A DNA stretch of 59,579 nucleotides from Reclinomonas americana ATCC 50394 (lineage: Eukaryota). The number at the start of each line of letters is the position of its first letter. The first letter of the stretch is position 1. The stretch lies in the NCBI GenBank assembly GCA_048213135.1, contig PS015122.1, positions 220,981 through 280,559 of the forward strand. Direction: 5' to 3'. The notes beneath the pieces were generated by a model, which was not told the origin of the DNA, did not search any database, and saw only the letters and a program-made list of their open reading frames with translations. Shown here piece by piece: positions 37,101 to 49,371 of the stretch. The translations under genes were made by a program, and so were the position numbers.

Positions 37101-38602
37101 GGAATGCAGAGTCGCCGGTCATCGCACTCGACAAACCGTCGTCTTGTGCCTTGGACATGAAAAACTGGCGTCGACGCGAGGCCAACGCCGACAGAGTCGA
37201 TACATCACTGTGCAGCTCGACGAGCTTTGGTGACTGCGCTGCCGTTTGTGCCCGCCGTTCGTTCTGCAAAGGTGGCCCACAGAGTGAGGGAGAGAGAGCA
37301 AGCAGAGCTCACAGCGTGCCGTGCAACTCACAGGATCACTGCCACTACTACTGCCGCTGCCACGCCACGGGCCAAGCGAGCCGCTGCCGACAGGCATGAC
37401 GGTCGCTGGACGCTGCTGCGCAATCTGATCCTGCTCCGATGATGGCGAATCTCTGCGGTCATGCTCGTCAGCAGCAGCAGCGGCAGCAACAGAGAGTGAC
37501 GATGTAATGCCACGCAACTCCTGCACCGGCGACGGCAACGAGGGAATGTTACTGCTCAATCGCACCGGCAGATACGGTCTCGGGGTCGACACCACACGAC
37601 CGTCACCCGACGGAGACGCGTGGCGGACCGCATACTCGGCCAGGAACTTCATTGCCGGATCGATCTCGAACGACAGGGCGCCGAACTTGGGCGACGCCGC
37701 CGAACCGGCCGATTGCGGGCGCTTGGACGCAGCTGTGCAAAGAGGGTGAGGAGATTGGAAACATCAACAAGGGGGAACTAGAGAGAGGCTCACGAAGAGA
37801 ACAGTCGTCGTCGTCATCGTCGTCGTCATCGCCACCGGCATCGTCCATGTACACCAGCTCAAAGTACTCGACGGCAGAGATGGACTTGGCCAGCGACTGA
37901 CACATGGGCAGTGGAACGCGATCCTCTGCGCAGCAGCACACGTCAGCCTCGCGTCGATCGCGGATCGACAGTCAGTCAGCGAGGAGAAACGCGACTAGCA
38001 TCGGCCGGCAACAAGCCAAACAGGAAGATCGGATCACGCGGAAACGCCGCCTTGGCCTCCTGCAAGAAGCCGGTGCCGGAGTTGGGCCTGGCAAGAGAGA
38101 GCTAAGCACTCACCGCGCGACGCACAACCAGCGAGCAACAAGACAGAAGAAACCTGTAGATCTTCCGGAGAGTCGACAGTGCGACGAGCGAGAAGCAGAG
38201 GACGGTCATCGACAGCTGCATCGAGAATGAGTGAGGTGAGTGGACACGCGCTTCTTGCTTGTCACACAAAAGACGATCAACGCACAGTGTTGTTCGACGG
38301 AGGCAGTGACGGAGGCGAGGCGCCTTTGATGTGCACACTCATGGTGACTGGAACCGAACAATCATCCTCATCATCATCATCCACCGTGAACGAGCGTGAC
38401 ACGTGGCGCCGCGACTCGCGCACAACATGCGTGAGTGGATCAACGGGCAGTGCGCGACCAGCAAACGCACTCAGCAGCACAGCGCACTGCTCAAAATAAA
38501 AACATCAGCGCGCGAGTCGCGGGGGGATTTGAGAACGCGCGCACACTTCACCTGCTCAGGTGCGCCTATCACGTGGATGTGCACTGATAAGGGCGAGGCC
38601 AT
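34114..38602 (-). CDS. TKL-type protein kinase (non-RD) with an N-terminal degenerate Rho-like domain
   Basis: ELGRGSYGVVYEG, VAIKE, RHPGVVNLLG, IVTEFIDGGDL, IAHHDLKPANIL, KIADFGLSR, GTIGYMAPE, YDEKADVYSFGVLLNEMMSRREPF, RCW...RRPSF. The N-terminus follows the Rho pattern (see findings). Confidence 0.85.
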
Positions 38603-38938
38603 GCTTCGTTGCCTCTGTCGAGATGACACCGACACGCGGAGTGTGATCGGACGTCGACGTTCGTGCTGCCGCAGCAACTTCATGTCGAAGCTTCGTATGT
38701 TGTTGCATGTAGCTTGTACTCTCATGTTCACAATGGTGAACGAGCTGCTTTTCCCCCTGATCCCCGTTGCGGAATAGCAGACGACGTCGACGTTGATCTT
38801 CTCAATTGCTGACCAGTATACACATGTACAGCTTGCCAAGTAGTCACCACCATTTACTGCCTACCTTATCTTGGTGCTACTTCACAAGCTGCTATAAGCT
38901 GTCGGTGTGTCGTTGTCCCATTTCCTATTGACGAATTC

Positions 38939-40750
38939 ATGTTCCCGACAAAGCGCGGTGAAGGCACTCTGCCCACTGGTCGTTTGCAGCACTGTGCTGG
39001 TGTCTACGATGAGGCACATGAGAGCTCTGCGCGCGAATTGCCATGGAATGGTGCGTTTACAGCAGCGGAGAAAGAAAGTGAGAGGCGATGTGCTTATGAG
39101 TTGCATTGTGCACACACAGTGGCCACTGAGGCCGCTCATCGACGAGCACGCCAGTCGCCCACTGATCTCATTCGGGGGCATCCTTTCAATCATTCGGTGA
39201 GGGGAGAGCGAGGGAGAGAGAGGGAAGATGTCATGAAGGAGGGAAGAAGGAGAGGAAGAAGGAGGAGAAGGAGAAGGTGAGAAAGGAGGAGGACAAGGAG
39301 GAGAAGAAGGAGGAGAAGGAGAAGAACAAGAACAAGAAGAAGAGGCGGAGAAGGAGAGGAAGGAGGAGAAAGGAGGAGGATGAGGAGGAGAAGAAGAAGA
39401 ATGACATGGAAAAGACATGAAGAACAGAACATGCAGAAGGGTTGTCTCCTCCTCTTCTCCTCCTTCTCCTTTGTGTTTCTTCTTCCTCTTCCTTTTCCTC
39501 ACTTCTTCTTCTTCTCCTTGTTCTTCTTCTTCTTCTCCCTCTTCTCCTCATCCTCCTTCATCTTCTTCTTCTCCTCCTCCTTCTTCTCTTCTTCTTAATC
39601 ACAGCTTGCAGGTGGACATTGTGGTGCCGACTGGTGTGCGTGCACCACGCTCTGCTCTGCGTGTGGCGCTGCTGAAGCGTCTACGCGAGGCGCGCTTCTT
39701 GCGAAAGCGTGTGGCGTTGGCGACTCTGGCGTCGGTCTCGTTTGTGGGCGAGGTGCTGCGAGGTGAGGCCGGGCGACACGAGTTCAACGCGCTGACACTC
39801 GATCGGCTGGATGCCGGCGGCAACGCGTGCTGCGTGTGCGACGGCACGCTGACGGTGCGCATGCATCGCGATGCCTTTCAGCAGCTGGGACTCGACGCGA
39901 AGAGGCATCAGTCGCGCAGTGAGGAGGCATTCTGTTGCGTGTGTTTTTTTTTTGTGCCTTCTCCATGGCGGCTGGCTGGCTGACTGTGGTCTTGTGTGTG
40001 TAGACGCTCACATAGACATGATGAGACCGACGTTTGTGCCGGGTGGTAACCTGTACGACCGACTGCAGTGGTGTCTGTCGCCGGAGCGGCTAGAGAATAC
40101 CGACGTGGTGGCTGTGTACGATGGCCCTCTGCCCGCGGCGCTGGAGGAGTGGGAGCAGGTACCATTGGAGGTGGTGGAGGGTGAGCTGGACTCGGTGGTG
40201 TTGCCGGAGGTGCTGGAGGCCGTGTGCCTGGCACCCGGTGGTCTGCTGCCGGACCCGGAACTGGACTCGGCCGACTTGTACGACTGGATCGGCATGCTGG
40301 GTCTGCGGCTCCAAGAGTTGAGTGGTGATGGGGAGAGGGGGGAGAGAAGCTGCCATTTGTTGAGAGCGCGCGCACACACACAGGTGTCTCAGTCGTGAAC
40401 GTGATGCGTGGTCGGCGCACGTGCTCGCCTACGAACCACCCACTCCAGCCACTGACGACGACGGCCAGCCGCGCACCACCGACTGCTTCACTGTGCACGC
40501 CACGGGAATGCTGACGCGCTCCGACATTCTCGTTCTGCACGACATGCTGCGTCAGGCGCTCGCCGACGACGCAGCGCTCCCGTGGGCGCTGCTGACTGTG
40601 CACGGTTTCGATGACGCGCCAGTGGCATTCTACGACACACCGCGCACTGTGGTTGCGGGCGGTGAAAATTCGTTCTCCATACTCGTGCTGCCTGGCGACA
40701 GACATCACACGTTTGTGGCGGTGGGTGCACTGGAAGAGTTCTCGTGGTGA
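38939..40750 (+). CDS. RPP40: RNase P/MRP subunit p40
   Basis: LIRGHPFNHS|VDIVVP; DGTLTVRMHRDAFQQLGL; YDRLQWCL; DLYDWIG; PWALLTVHGFDDAPV...GGENSF. Confidence 0.88.
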
Positions 40751-40870
40751 ATAGTAGTAGTACAANNNNNNNNNNNNNNNNNNNNNNNNNNNNNNNNNNN
40801 NNNNNNNNNNNNNNNNNNNNNNNNNNNNNNNNNNNNNNNNNNNNNNNNNNNNNNNNNNNNNNNNNNNNNN

Positions 40871-43273
40871 CGGACGAACTCGGGGGCCACCAACGCCGCA
40901 AAGCGCACGGCCTTGTCGGAGGCCGTCTCCGCCTCGCTGACCGCCTTGTGCAGCAAGGAGTTGAGCAGCAGCTGGTGCGTCTGCCGTGTGCGCATGACCA
41001 CTCGCGCGCCACGGTAGTCCGAGTCGTCGGCCGATTGCTTGAAGAGGTTGACGTGGAGCTTGCCGACGCCTGCCGAAGGGGTAAGGGGTAAGGAGAAGAG
41101 GGATAAGGGGGAAGGGGAAGGGATGTAGGGAGAGAGAAGAGGCGAGAGGCGACAGGCGAGAGGTGACAGACGAGAGGCGAGGGGCGAGAAGTGACAAACG
41201 AGAGAGGTGAAAAAAGGCGAGAGTGGTGAGAAACGAGAGGTGAATGGCGAGAAGTGAGAGGCGAGCGGTGGAGACAACAGGCAATTGCAAAGACGACAAC
41301 CGGTAAAGTGTGAGAACGTGAGGAGGGGACAACAGGCGAGAGGTGAGATAATATCAGAGGGAGAGAGAATACAGGAGGCGAGAGAAGACAGAGACAAGAA
41401 AACGAGAGAGAAGACAGATGAGAGAGAAAGGAGGTGAGAGCCAAATAAAAGAGATGAAACAGGAGAAGAAGTGATGGGAGTGACGCATGAGAAAGAGAAG
41501 AAATATAAACGCAACCGTGAACACGTAAGCCACTCTGTCCCTCCCTCTTCCCTCTCCCTCTTCTCACCTCGCTCCTTCCACGCCTTATCCACGAGCATGT
41601 ACAGCTTGGCCTCGACCTCGAATTCGGTCTTGTCGTGCTCCTCGCCAGAGGTCACCTGCTTCTTCTCCAGATTGACCTTTGGTGAAGCCGCCGCCAACAC
41701 AATGCCGGCGTTCGGGTCCTCGTCCTCGCCACCCTCTCCCTCGTCGGGTGTCGACGCCGATGCGCCAGAACCACCAGCAGCAGCGGTTGCCAGTCGTGCG
41801 CCGAACAATGGTTTGCCAGCAGTCTGCCCAGCCAGCGGTGGTGAACACAGAGCAATGCAAAGGAGTTGAACTAAAGGTCACGCAACAAGGCCCTGCACTT
41901 TGTTCATCGTGTTCTGCAGGAACGACGAGCCGAATGGCTTGACGCTGAAGGCGGGTTTGTTGGCGCCGTCGCCAAAGCCCTTGGTTGCGGCATTCTCGGC
42001 CAGCTTGGCAAAGGAGAAGCCCATCTTGCCGCCAAAGGAGAATGTTGGCAACTGGGTGACCTTGGGGGCTGCAGAGAGAGGGCAAGGGTGAGCAAGGAAG
42101 GAGCGAAGGAGAGACGGAGAGACGGAGAGAGGGGGGAGGAGGAGGAGGAGGAGGAGGAGGAGAAGGAGAAGGAGGAAAGAGGAAGAAGAAGAAGAAGATG
42201 CAGCAGCAGCATGAGGAGGAGGAGAGTGAGAACGAGGACGAAGAAGAAGAAGAACAAGNNNNNNNNNNNNNNNNNNNNNNNNNNNNNNNNNNNNNNNNNN
42301 NNNNNNNNNNNNNNNNNNNNNNNNNNNNNNNNNNNNNNNNNNNAAGAAGAAGAAGAACTAAGAACGAAGAAGAAGAAGAAGTACAAGAAGAAGACGATGA
42401 AGAACGAAGAGGAGAAGACCAAGGAGGAGGAGAAGGGAGACGAAGAAGAAGAAGAAGATGATGATGATGATGAAGAAGAAGAAGAAGAAGAAGGGAGGAG
42501 AACAAGGAGGAGAAGGAGGGAAGAAGAAGCACAAGAAGAACACGACGACGAGGACGAAGACTGCACGCGAGTGACAGGCAGTGATCAACCCACTCCCTTC
42601 CCTCCCTCCCTCCCACCCTCCCTCCCTCTCACTCTACACACCTGGTGGTGATGGCTCCTCCGGCTCCACCGCCGCCACTGCATGCGCCTTACCCTCCTCG
42701 CCATTCGCCTCCTCCGCCTCCTCGCCATGCCCATGCTTCATCGGTGGTTCGTCACTCTCCGCAGCCGCCAACGCACTTGCTGTCGTCGTCGTTGTCGTCG
42801 TTGATGATGATGAAGAAGAAGAAGATGCAGATGATAGGACTCCACCCTTCTGCATGCATGCATGAGACAACTCGCAATGATGAGGTGATGAGGGAAAACA
42901 TCAGGCGCATAGATAGATGCATACCAGTGCAGCCACATCGACCTTGCCTGCCAGCGACTTGGGAACACGAATGCTGTGTGCGTTGTGAGTGTGACTGCGT
43001 GACAATAGGTGCATTGCGAGAGGAAGTGCTGACCGTCGTCGCGCCATTTCTTCGGCAGAGGCACGTGGGAAGTCGCCCTGTCGAGTGTGTGCAGAGTGAG
43101 GCAGAGGAACGTTGGCAGGGAGCAAGACAGACATTGACACACACACACACGCGCGCACACAAGCGCAAGAGAGAGAGAGAGAGACGCACCATGGCCACGT
43201 CCATCTCGCCATCGTCGTCGTCGCTGCCGTCGCGGTCGCGGTCAGAGATCTGCTTGCCTGCTGCCCGCTTCAT
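40871..43273 (-). CDS. NUP50: Nup50/Nup2-like nucleoporin with a C-terminal Ran-binding domain (3' end in gap)
   Basis: MKRAAGKQISDRD...GDFPRASAEEMARRR; FSFG-type repeats; VTSGEEHD...AKLY...WKERGVGKLHVN...ARVVMR...LLLNSLL. Confidence 0.87.
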
Positions 43274-43526
43274 TGTGCGCGTGCGTGTGACTGCAACTTC
43301 GAGGACACGCTGTGAAGTGTCATTTGATCGAAGGCAGAGCGCTTGCGCATTGCACGCGAGTAGCACAAGTAGACGACGAGTCAACGTTCTGCATACTCGC
43401 CGCAGTCAGTGTCAGAGCTCGTAGTGTCGTTGCTGACGAGGCGACGTTTTTTTCAGAATATCAATTGGCGCCAAAATCCGCCGTTTCGTGATATTCGTCA
43501 GCCAGCAGCACCTGTGTATTGCAATC

Positions 43527-46500
43527 ATGCCGCGCTTTGCCCTCTCGCGCTCGCACACTCGCGTCGCTGTGCTGCGTGTGCTCTTCAGCATCGCGCTCAT
43601 CGCCCACTTGCTCGTGCACTCACTCGCAATCGCTACAAGTTGCATGCTGCTTGTGTTTGCCTCGGTCGCTCGCGCGCACGCATGTGTACCCACTGGTTTT
43701 GTTTGCCATACGCGCATTCACTACCCCCCCCCCCCCCCCCCCCTCCACCGCAGACGCCCAAACAGTGACCACCGCTGTCGCCACCAACATCACTGGCTCG
43801 ACTGCCACTCTGAATGCGTGGGTCAATCCCAACAATGTCGCCGGCGGCACCACCAACTCGTTCGACTGGTCCCCCTACGCCATCGCTCTTGGTACTCCCA
43901 GCACTGCTGTCTCCACCTTCGTAGGCACACCAGGCACCTCGGGAACGACCAATGGCGTTGGAGCAAGCGCGTTGTTGAACACGCCAATGGTGTGTGCGTG
44001 CGCGCGCGACAGCTGCCCCTGCAGTTGCATATTGTGCGTCGTACTGAGTGAGTGATATTCTCAACAGGGACTGGCTTTCGACGCCGTGGGCACCATGTAT
44101 GTGGGCGATTACGGGTTTGTGCACTTTGTCGATTGTTCTGTTGATTCATCTCTCCCTCACTCTCTCACTCGTGCGATGGTGACAGCAACTGTCGCATTCG
44201 ACGCATCACCCCTGCGGCCTCAGTGACCACGTTTGCTGGCACGACATGCGGTCTCTTGGATGGCACAGGCGTGGCAGCGCAGTTCAAGAAGTGCGTTCAC
44301 TCTCTGTCTCCCTCCCCTCTCTCGCTCTCTCCCCTCTCTTGACTCACGCACTCACTTGCAGTGTTGCCGGTCTCTCTATCGACCAAACCACTGGAATCAT
44401 CTATGTCGCCGATGTGAGTGTGTGCTGGTGGCATGCATGATCACAGCTTGATGCATTCTGCTGACTCTTTGTGTGTGCGTCTCCCGCAGTTGATGAACCA
44501 CGCGGTGCGCGCGGTCACCACAGGAGCAGCAGTCACCACACTGGCGGGCAATGGGGCGTCGGGGAGTGCCAATGCCTCGGGTGCAGCCGCCTCCTTCAAT
44601 CAGCCGATGGGAGTGGCGGTGGATTCCACGAATCAAGTGGTGTACGTGGGCGATTGGCTCAACAACACCATTCGCCAAGTGACGTATGCCGGTGCGGTGA
44701 CGACCTTTTGCGGCACTGCGGGCATGAGTGGCACAGCCGATGGTGCGTGTGCGGGAGCGGCGCGATTCGGTGGTCCCAATGGCGTGCTTCTCGTCGGAAC
44801 CACGCTGTATGTTGGTGAGCGCTGTGGGGGAGAGAGAGATTCCCTTCCTCCCGTTCTCATCTGCGCCTTTCTGCTTGTGTGCGTGAGTGCAGTCGACCGC
44901 GTGAACAACTCCATCCGCGCCATCAACACGGTGGCGATGACGGTGACGACGGTGGCGGGATCGACGAGCGGCACGTCAGGATCCACAGATGCCACCGGTG
45001 AGTTTATCATCATGGGCAACTCTGCGTGATCGTTTGCAGTCATGCTGAAAGATGCCACCAGGAACGGCCGCCCGCTTCAACACGCCCATTGGACTGACAT
45101 ACGACTCGGGAAACAACGTCATCTACGTTGCCGACGTTTCGTGTCCCTCCATTCGCCCCACCCACTGAGACGTCTTTCACCTTGATTCTCATTGTCTTTA
45201 AACACCCGGCAGTCCGTCAACAACACCGTGCGAAGCATCCGTGTGTCAGACTCATCTGTGACAACGATTGGCGGCGCAGCGGGCGTGAGCGGATCAGCCA
45301 ACGGCAGCGCGCTGACCGTGGCACGCTTCAACTCGCCTGTCCACCTCACATTCGATGCATCGACTGCATCGGTGCTGGTTGCTGATTACACCACGCACAT
45401 CATCCGTCGCCTCTCGCTGGCGTCACAAACAGTGTCTGCCACACCCGCCACCGCCACTGGCTCTCTGGCTGCCTCCATCACCGCCTCGCTGACCGGCTTG
45501 GTGACCAACTGGACATTCTACTATCGCGCTGTCGGTGTCACCTCAACACCCAGCACCATCAATGGCGCCACCGTGTCGTTCACCACCATCACCAATGTGG
45601 CTCCGACCGACATTAGCTGCTCGTCGACGACATATGTGTCGCCATCGGTGGCGAATCAAGTCGTGTGTGCGCTGCAGACGACGGACACAAATGCGGGCCA
45701 GTCTTTCACGTACTCGGTTGTCGGCGGCGCCAACAGCGCGGTGTTTTCGATCAGCGGACCGTCGTTGGTGATTGTGGCGGCGGGGCAGGCGGGCAGCTCG
45801 CTGGCGGTGACGATTCGGTCGACGGACAACGGAACGCCACCGCTGTTCTTCGACAAGGCGTTCACCATCACCACAGGTGCCGCACCACGTCTCTTCCTCC
45901 TTCTCCTGCTGCTGGTCATTCACAATTTTCTCTTTTTCTTCTTCGTTGTGTCACAGTCACCCAGTCACTGGCAACGCTCGCGGCCAACGCGGTGACAGCG
46001 TCGTCGGCAACATTGAATGCGGTGGTGGGAAACTCTGTGGCGGCCTCGACGATGAGCAATTCGTTCGAGTGGGCGCCGACACCGGCTGCATTCGGTGTCA
46101 CTCCAACTGTGACGACGTGGTTGGGCGCGGCGGGCATGACTGGTACGACAGATGGCACGGGAACAGCTGCTCGTTTCCAAAATCCGACGGTGAGGTGCAC
46201 AACGCAAAAGTTGCGAACCATTTCTGCTCACTGGTTGGTGCAGAGCATTGTACTTGATGCCTCGGGCAACGCATTTGTGTGTGATCAACAAAACCACACG
46301 ATTCGACGAGCGACGAGTGGCGGTGTGGTGTCGACATTCCTGGGAACTGTGGGAACGGGAGGCTTTGTTAACGGAATAGGCACTGCTGCGCAGTTCAACA
46401 AACCCACCGGCATGTCAATCGACTTTACCGCTGGATATATGTACTTTACAGATGTTGCGTGGTGGCGTTGTCGAGGAAAGAGTGTGTGCATCATCTCACT

Positions 46501-49352
46501 TTTGAAGGTTGCAGTTTAACAACCACGCGATTCGCGTGAGTACCCCTTCGGGATCTGTGTCAACGCTGGCTGGCAACGGATCTAGCGGCACTTCCAACGG
46601 CGCTGGATCGAGCGCGAGATTCAATAGTCCGCACAGCGTCGTGGTTGATGCGTCGAACAGAGTGATGTACGTTAGTGATTCGTTGAACCGGGCTATCAGA
46701 CAGGTGCGTGCGCTCGTCATTGCACTACTTCTTCAGTGCTCATCTAAGGTCCCCCACCGAAGGTCACATACGGCGGTGAGGTCACCACCTGCTGTGGAAT
46801 TGTTGGAACGTTAGGCTTTCTCGATGGAGCTTGTGCAACGGCAATGTTTACCCAACCCGCCGGCATGAGTCTGGACACAACAACCAGTCGGCTGTACGTC
46901 GGTGTGTGTGTGAGAGAGAGAGAGGGTTCTTCTGAGTTGCGTCTCTCCGTCGAGGTACATATGCTCACACCGAAGAGATGAACAGCTGATCGAGGACGCC
47001 ACAATATTCGTGTTATCGACATACTGGCGGCAACTGTGTCGACCCTGGCTGGTTCGCTTACCGCGGTGTCGGGATCGACAGATGCCACGGGCACCTCGGC
47101 CCTATTCAGCTCACCTGTGGACGTGACGCTGGATCGAGCACGAGGCGTTCTCTATGTTACAGATGTTGCGTGGCGTTCAGTCTCTGTTGGTGTGCATGCA
47201 TCCACTTATTCAATACTATCCGCGAAGAGGACCAATCAAACCATCCGCCAAATCGTCATTAGTACTGGTGCTGTCACAAGAATAGCTGGCACTGTGCTGT
47301 CTAGCGGATCCGCAGATGGGAGTCCACTCTCCGACGCTCGATTTCTTTACCCGGTTCGTTTTGTCACTTTTTTGCAATTCGAAGAATACTCGATACTCTC
47401 GTGCTTATTTTTGGCTCGCGAGTGTAGTATACCATGGCGCTCGATACCGCCTCATCCACTCTGTACGTCACGGGTGCGCGCGAGATTCCATGTGCTCCAG
47501 ATTTCGTTTTCGGGGTTGATCTTCCGCCTCAACATTTTCTTCGCAGATGCCGGTAACAGCACTGTTCGCCGCCTCACCATCGGCTCCACAACCATCTCAG
47601 TCACTCCGGCGTCCTCTGGCGTCGCCTCCAGCACGGCTCTCACCGCGTCTCTGACATCACTCGCTGCCAACTGGACGTACTACTTCCGTGCCATCTCCAC
47701 TTCCACCGTGCCGAGCACTCTCACCGGCTCCATCATGTCGTTCACCACCTCCAACTCGACACCGACCAGCATTGCCTGCTCTACTACCACCTATGTCGCT
47801 CCATCGACGGCCAGCATGCCCGTGTGTACCATGAGCACAACCGATGGTGATGCGGGCCAGTCGTACACGTACATCATCACCGGTGGCGCGAACAGCAATG
47901 TGTTCTCCCTGAGCGGCGCACAGTTGCAGATCACGTCGGCTGGACAGTCGGGCAGTCCACTGGCCGTCTCGATTCGCTCGTTCGACAATGGTACACCGCC
48001 GATGTTTGTCGACAAGTCATTCAGTGTGACGTCGGGTGAGTTACACGTTGTGAAAGTGTTGTGTTTCTTGGGCGGATACTGACCTCGTCTTTACGCCAGT
48101 GAACAATACACCAACGGCGGTGACCCTGAGTGTGAGCTCGTACATCCCGCCCAGCACGGCGGGACTGGCGATTGGCACGATGAGCACGAGTGATGTGGAC
48201 TCGCAGCAATCGTTCACGTATTCGGTGGTGGGCGGTGCCAGCAGCGCATTGGTGACGGTTGTGTCTGGCAATCAGCTGCAATTTGCAAGTGCTGGTGCAA
48301 CGGCGTCGCTGGTGGTGATTGTGCGCACGACCGATAATGGCAATCCTGCCATGTCATTCGATCAGACCCTCAACATTGCTGGTTTGGTGTTGTTGCGCAC
48401 TATGATGCTGATTTGCCTTTGTCTCAATCATGCATGCAGCACCCACCGTGACATCGCTGTCGGCCACCTTTGTGTCGGCACTGGCTGGTCAGTTGATAAC
48501 ACTGACAGGAACCGCGCTGGTGAACAACTCGGCCGATGCATCGGCGTATGTGCTTGGCACTCCTCTTTGTGGCGCCACAACACCGCCGACGGCCGTGGCC
48601 AGCACCACTGTCAGCAGTGCCTTTGGTAGTGCGACCAGCATCACGCTGACGATTGGAGCCGCGGGAGCAGCTGTCGGCACATACGAGCTGTGTACGCGAT
48701 GGGCGCCAACCAAGACATACCTGGCGGTGTCGGCATTCGCCATTGGTGAGGAACAAGGGGAAGGGAGAGCGCAGGGAGCATTCGGCCGTTGTTTGCTTGT
48801 TTGTTTGTGTGTGGAGATCTCGAGCTGTGCTTCATTTCTTTCATGTTGCTCTTCTCTCTCTCTCTCCTCCCTCTCTGTGTATGTATGTCTGTATGCATGC
48901 AAGCCTGTGTGTGTATGAGTGTGAATGAGTGTGTATGCCTAAACGAATGAGGTGTGCAGGGAGTGTTGGTCCGAGTGACATTTTGCTGTCGGGACCGCAA
49001 ACGTACTCGAGTGCAACGGTGCCATTCACTGTGGGTACACTAAGCATGGTGGATCTCAACACTGGACAGACACCGACATTCAGCATTGTGGGTGGCGTGC
49101 ACGCGGCTCTGTTCAGTCTCGTTGGTGGTAATCAGCTGACGATCTCGGTGGCTCCGCCGCTGAGCCGGCGACTGCAAGTGTTTGTGCAAGTGAGCGACGG
49201 GACGTTGACGTACACCAAGCAGTTCATGGTTGTGTATGGTGTGTGGTGGGAGGGGAGGAAGGGGAATGGCAGTAGAAGGGGGAAGGAGACAGAGGAAGGG
49301 TAGCGATGGAGAGAGATGACAGAGAAGTATTGTGATGCCGAAGCTGATGGAT
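43527..49352 (+). CDS. Secreted/surface protein: signal peptide, 2x [FN3-like domain with inserted NHL beta-propeller + cadherin-like], further cadherin-like and Ig/IPT-like domains
   Basis: Hydrophobic N-terminus; about 12 NHL blades (FNxPxGxAxD...YVxDxxNxxIR...VTTxAG); four PTxI.xS...D.D/N...FTYS.VGG...F.I.G...IRxxDNG...FDKxF units. The stop near 49350 is tentative. Confidence 0.85.
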
Positions 49353-49371
49353 GAAGGGTAGAGAGTGAAAT

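Noticed and set aside
42088-42651. Poly-Glu/Lys/Arg ORFs on the + strand (also 39231-39675 and 56093-56980)
   Set aside because: Translations of purine/pyrimidine tracts inside introns of NUP50, RPP40 and MFSD1.
43800-47700. Regularly spaced repeats as a CRISPR array or mobile element
   Set aside because: They are protein-level NHL repeats, not nucleotide direct repeats. No transposase, RT, tRNA or rRNA was recognised anywhere in the window.
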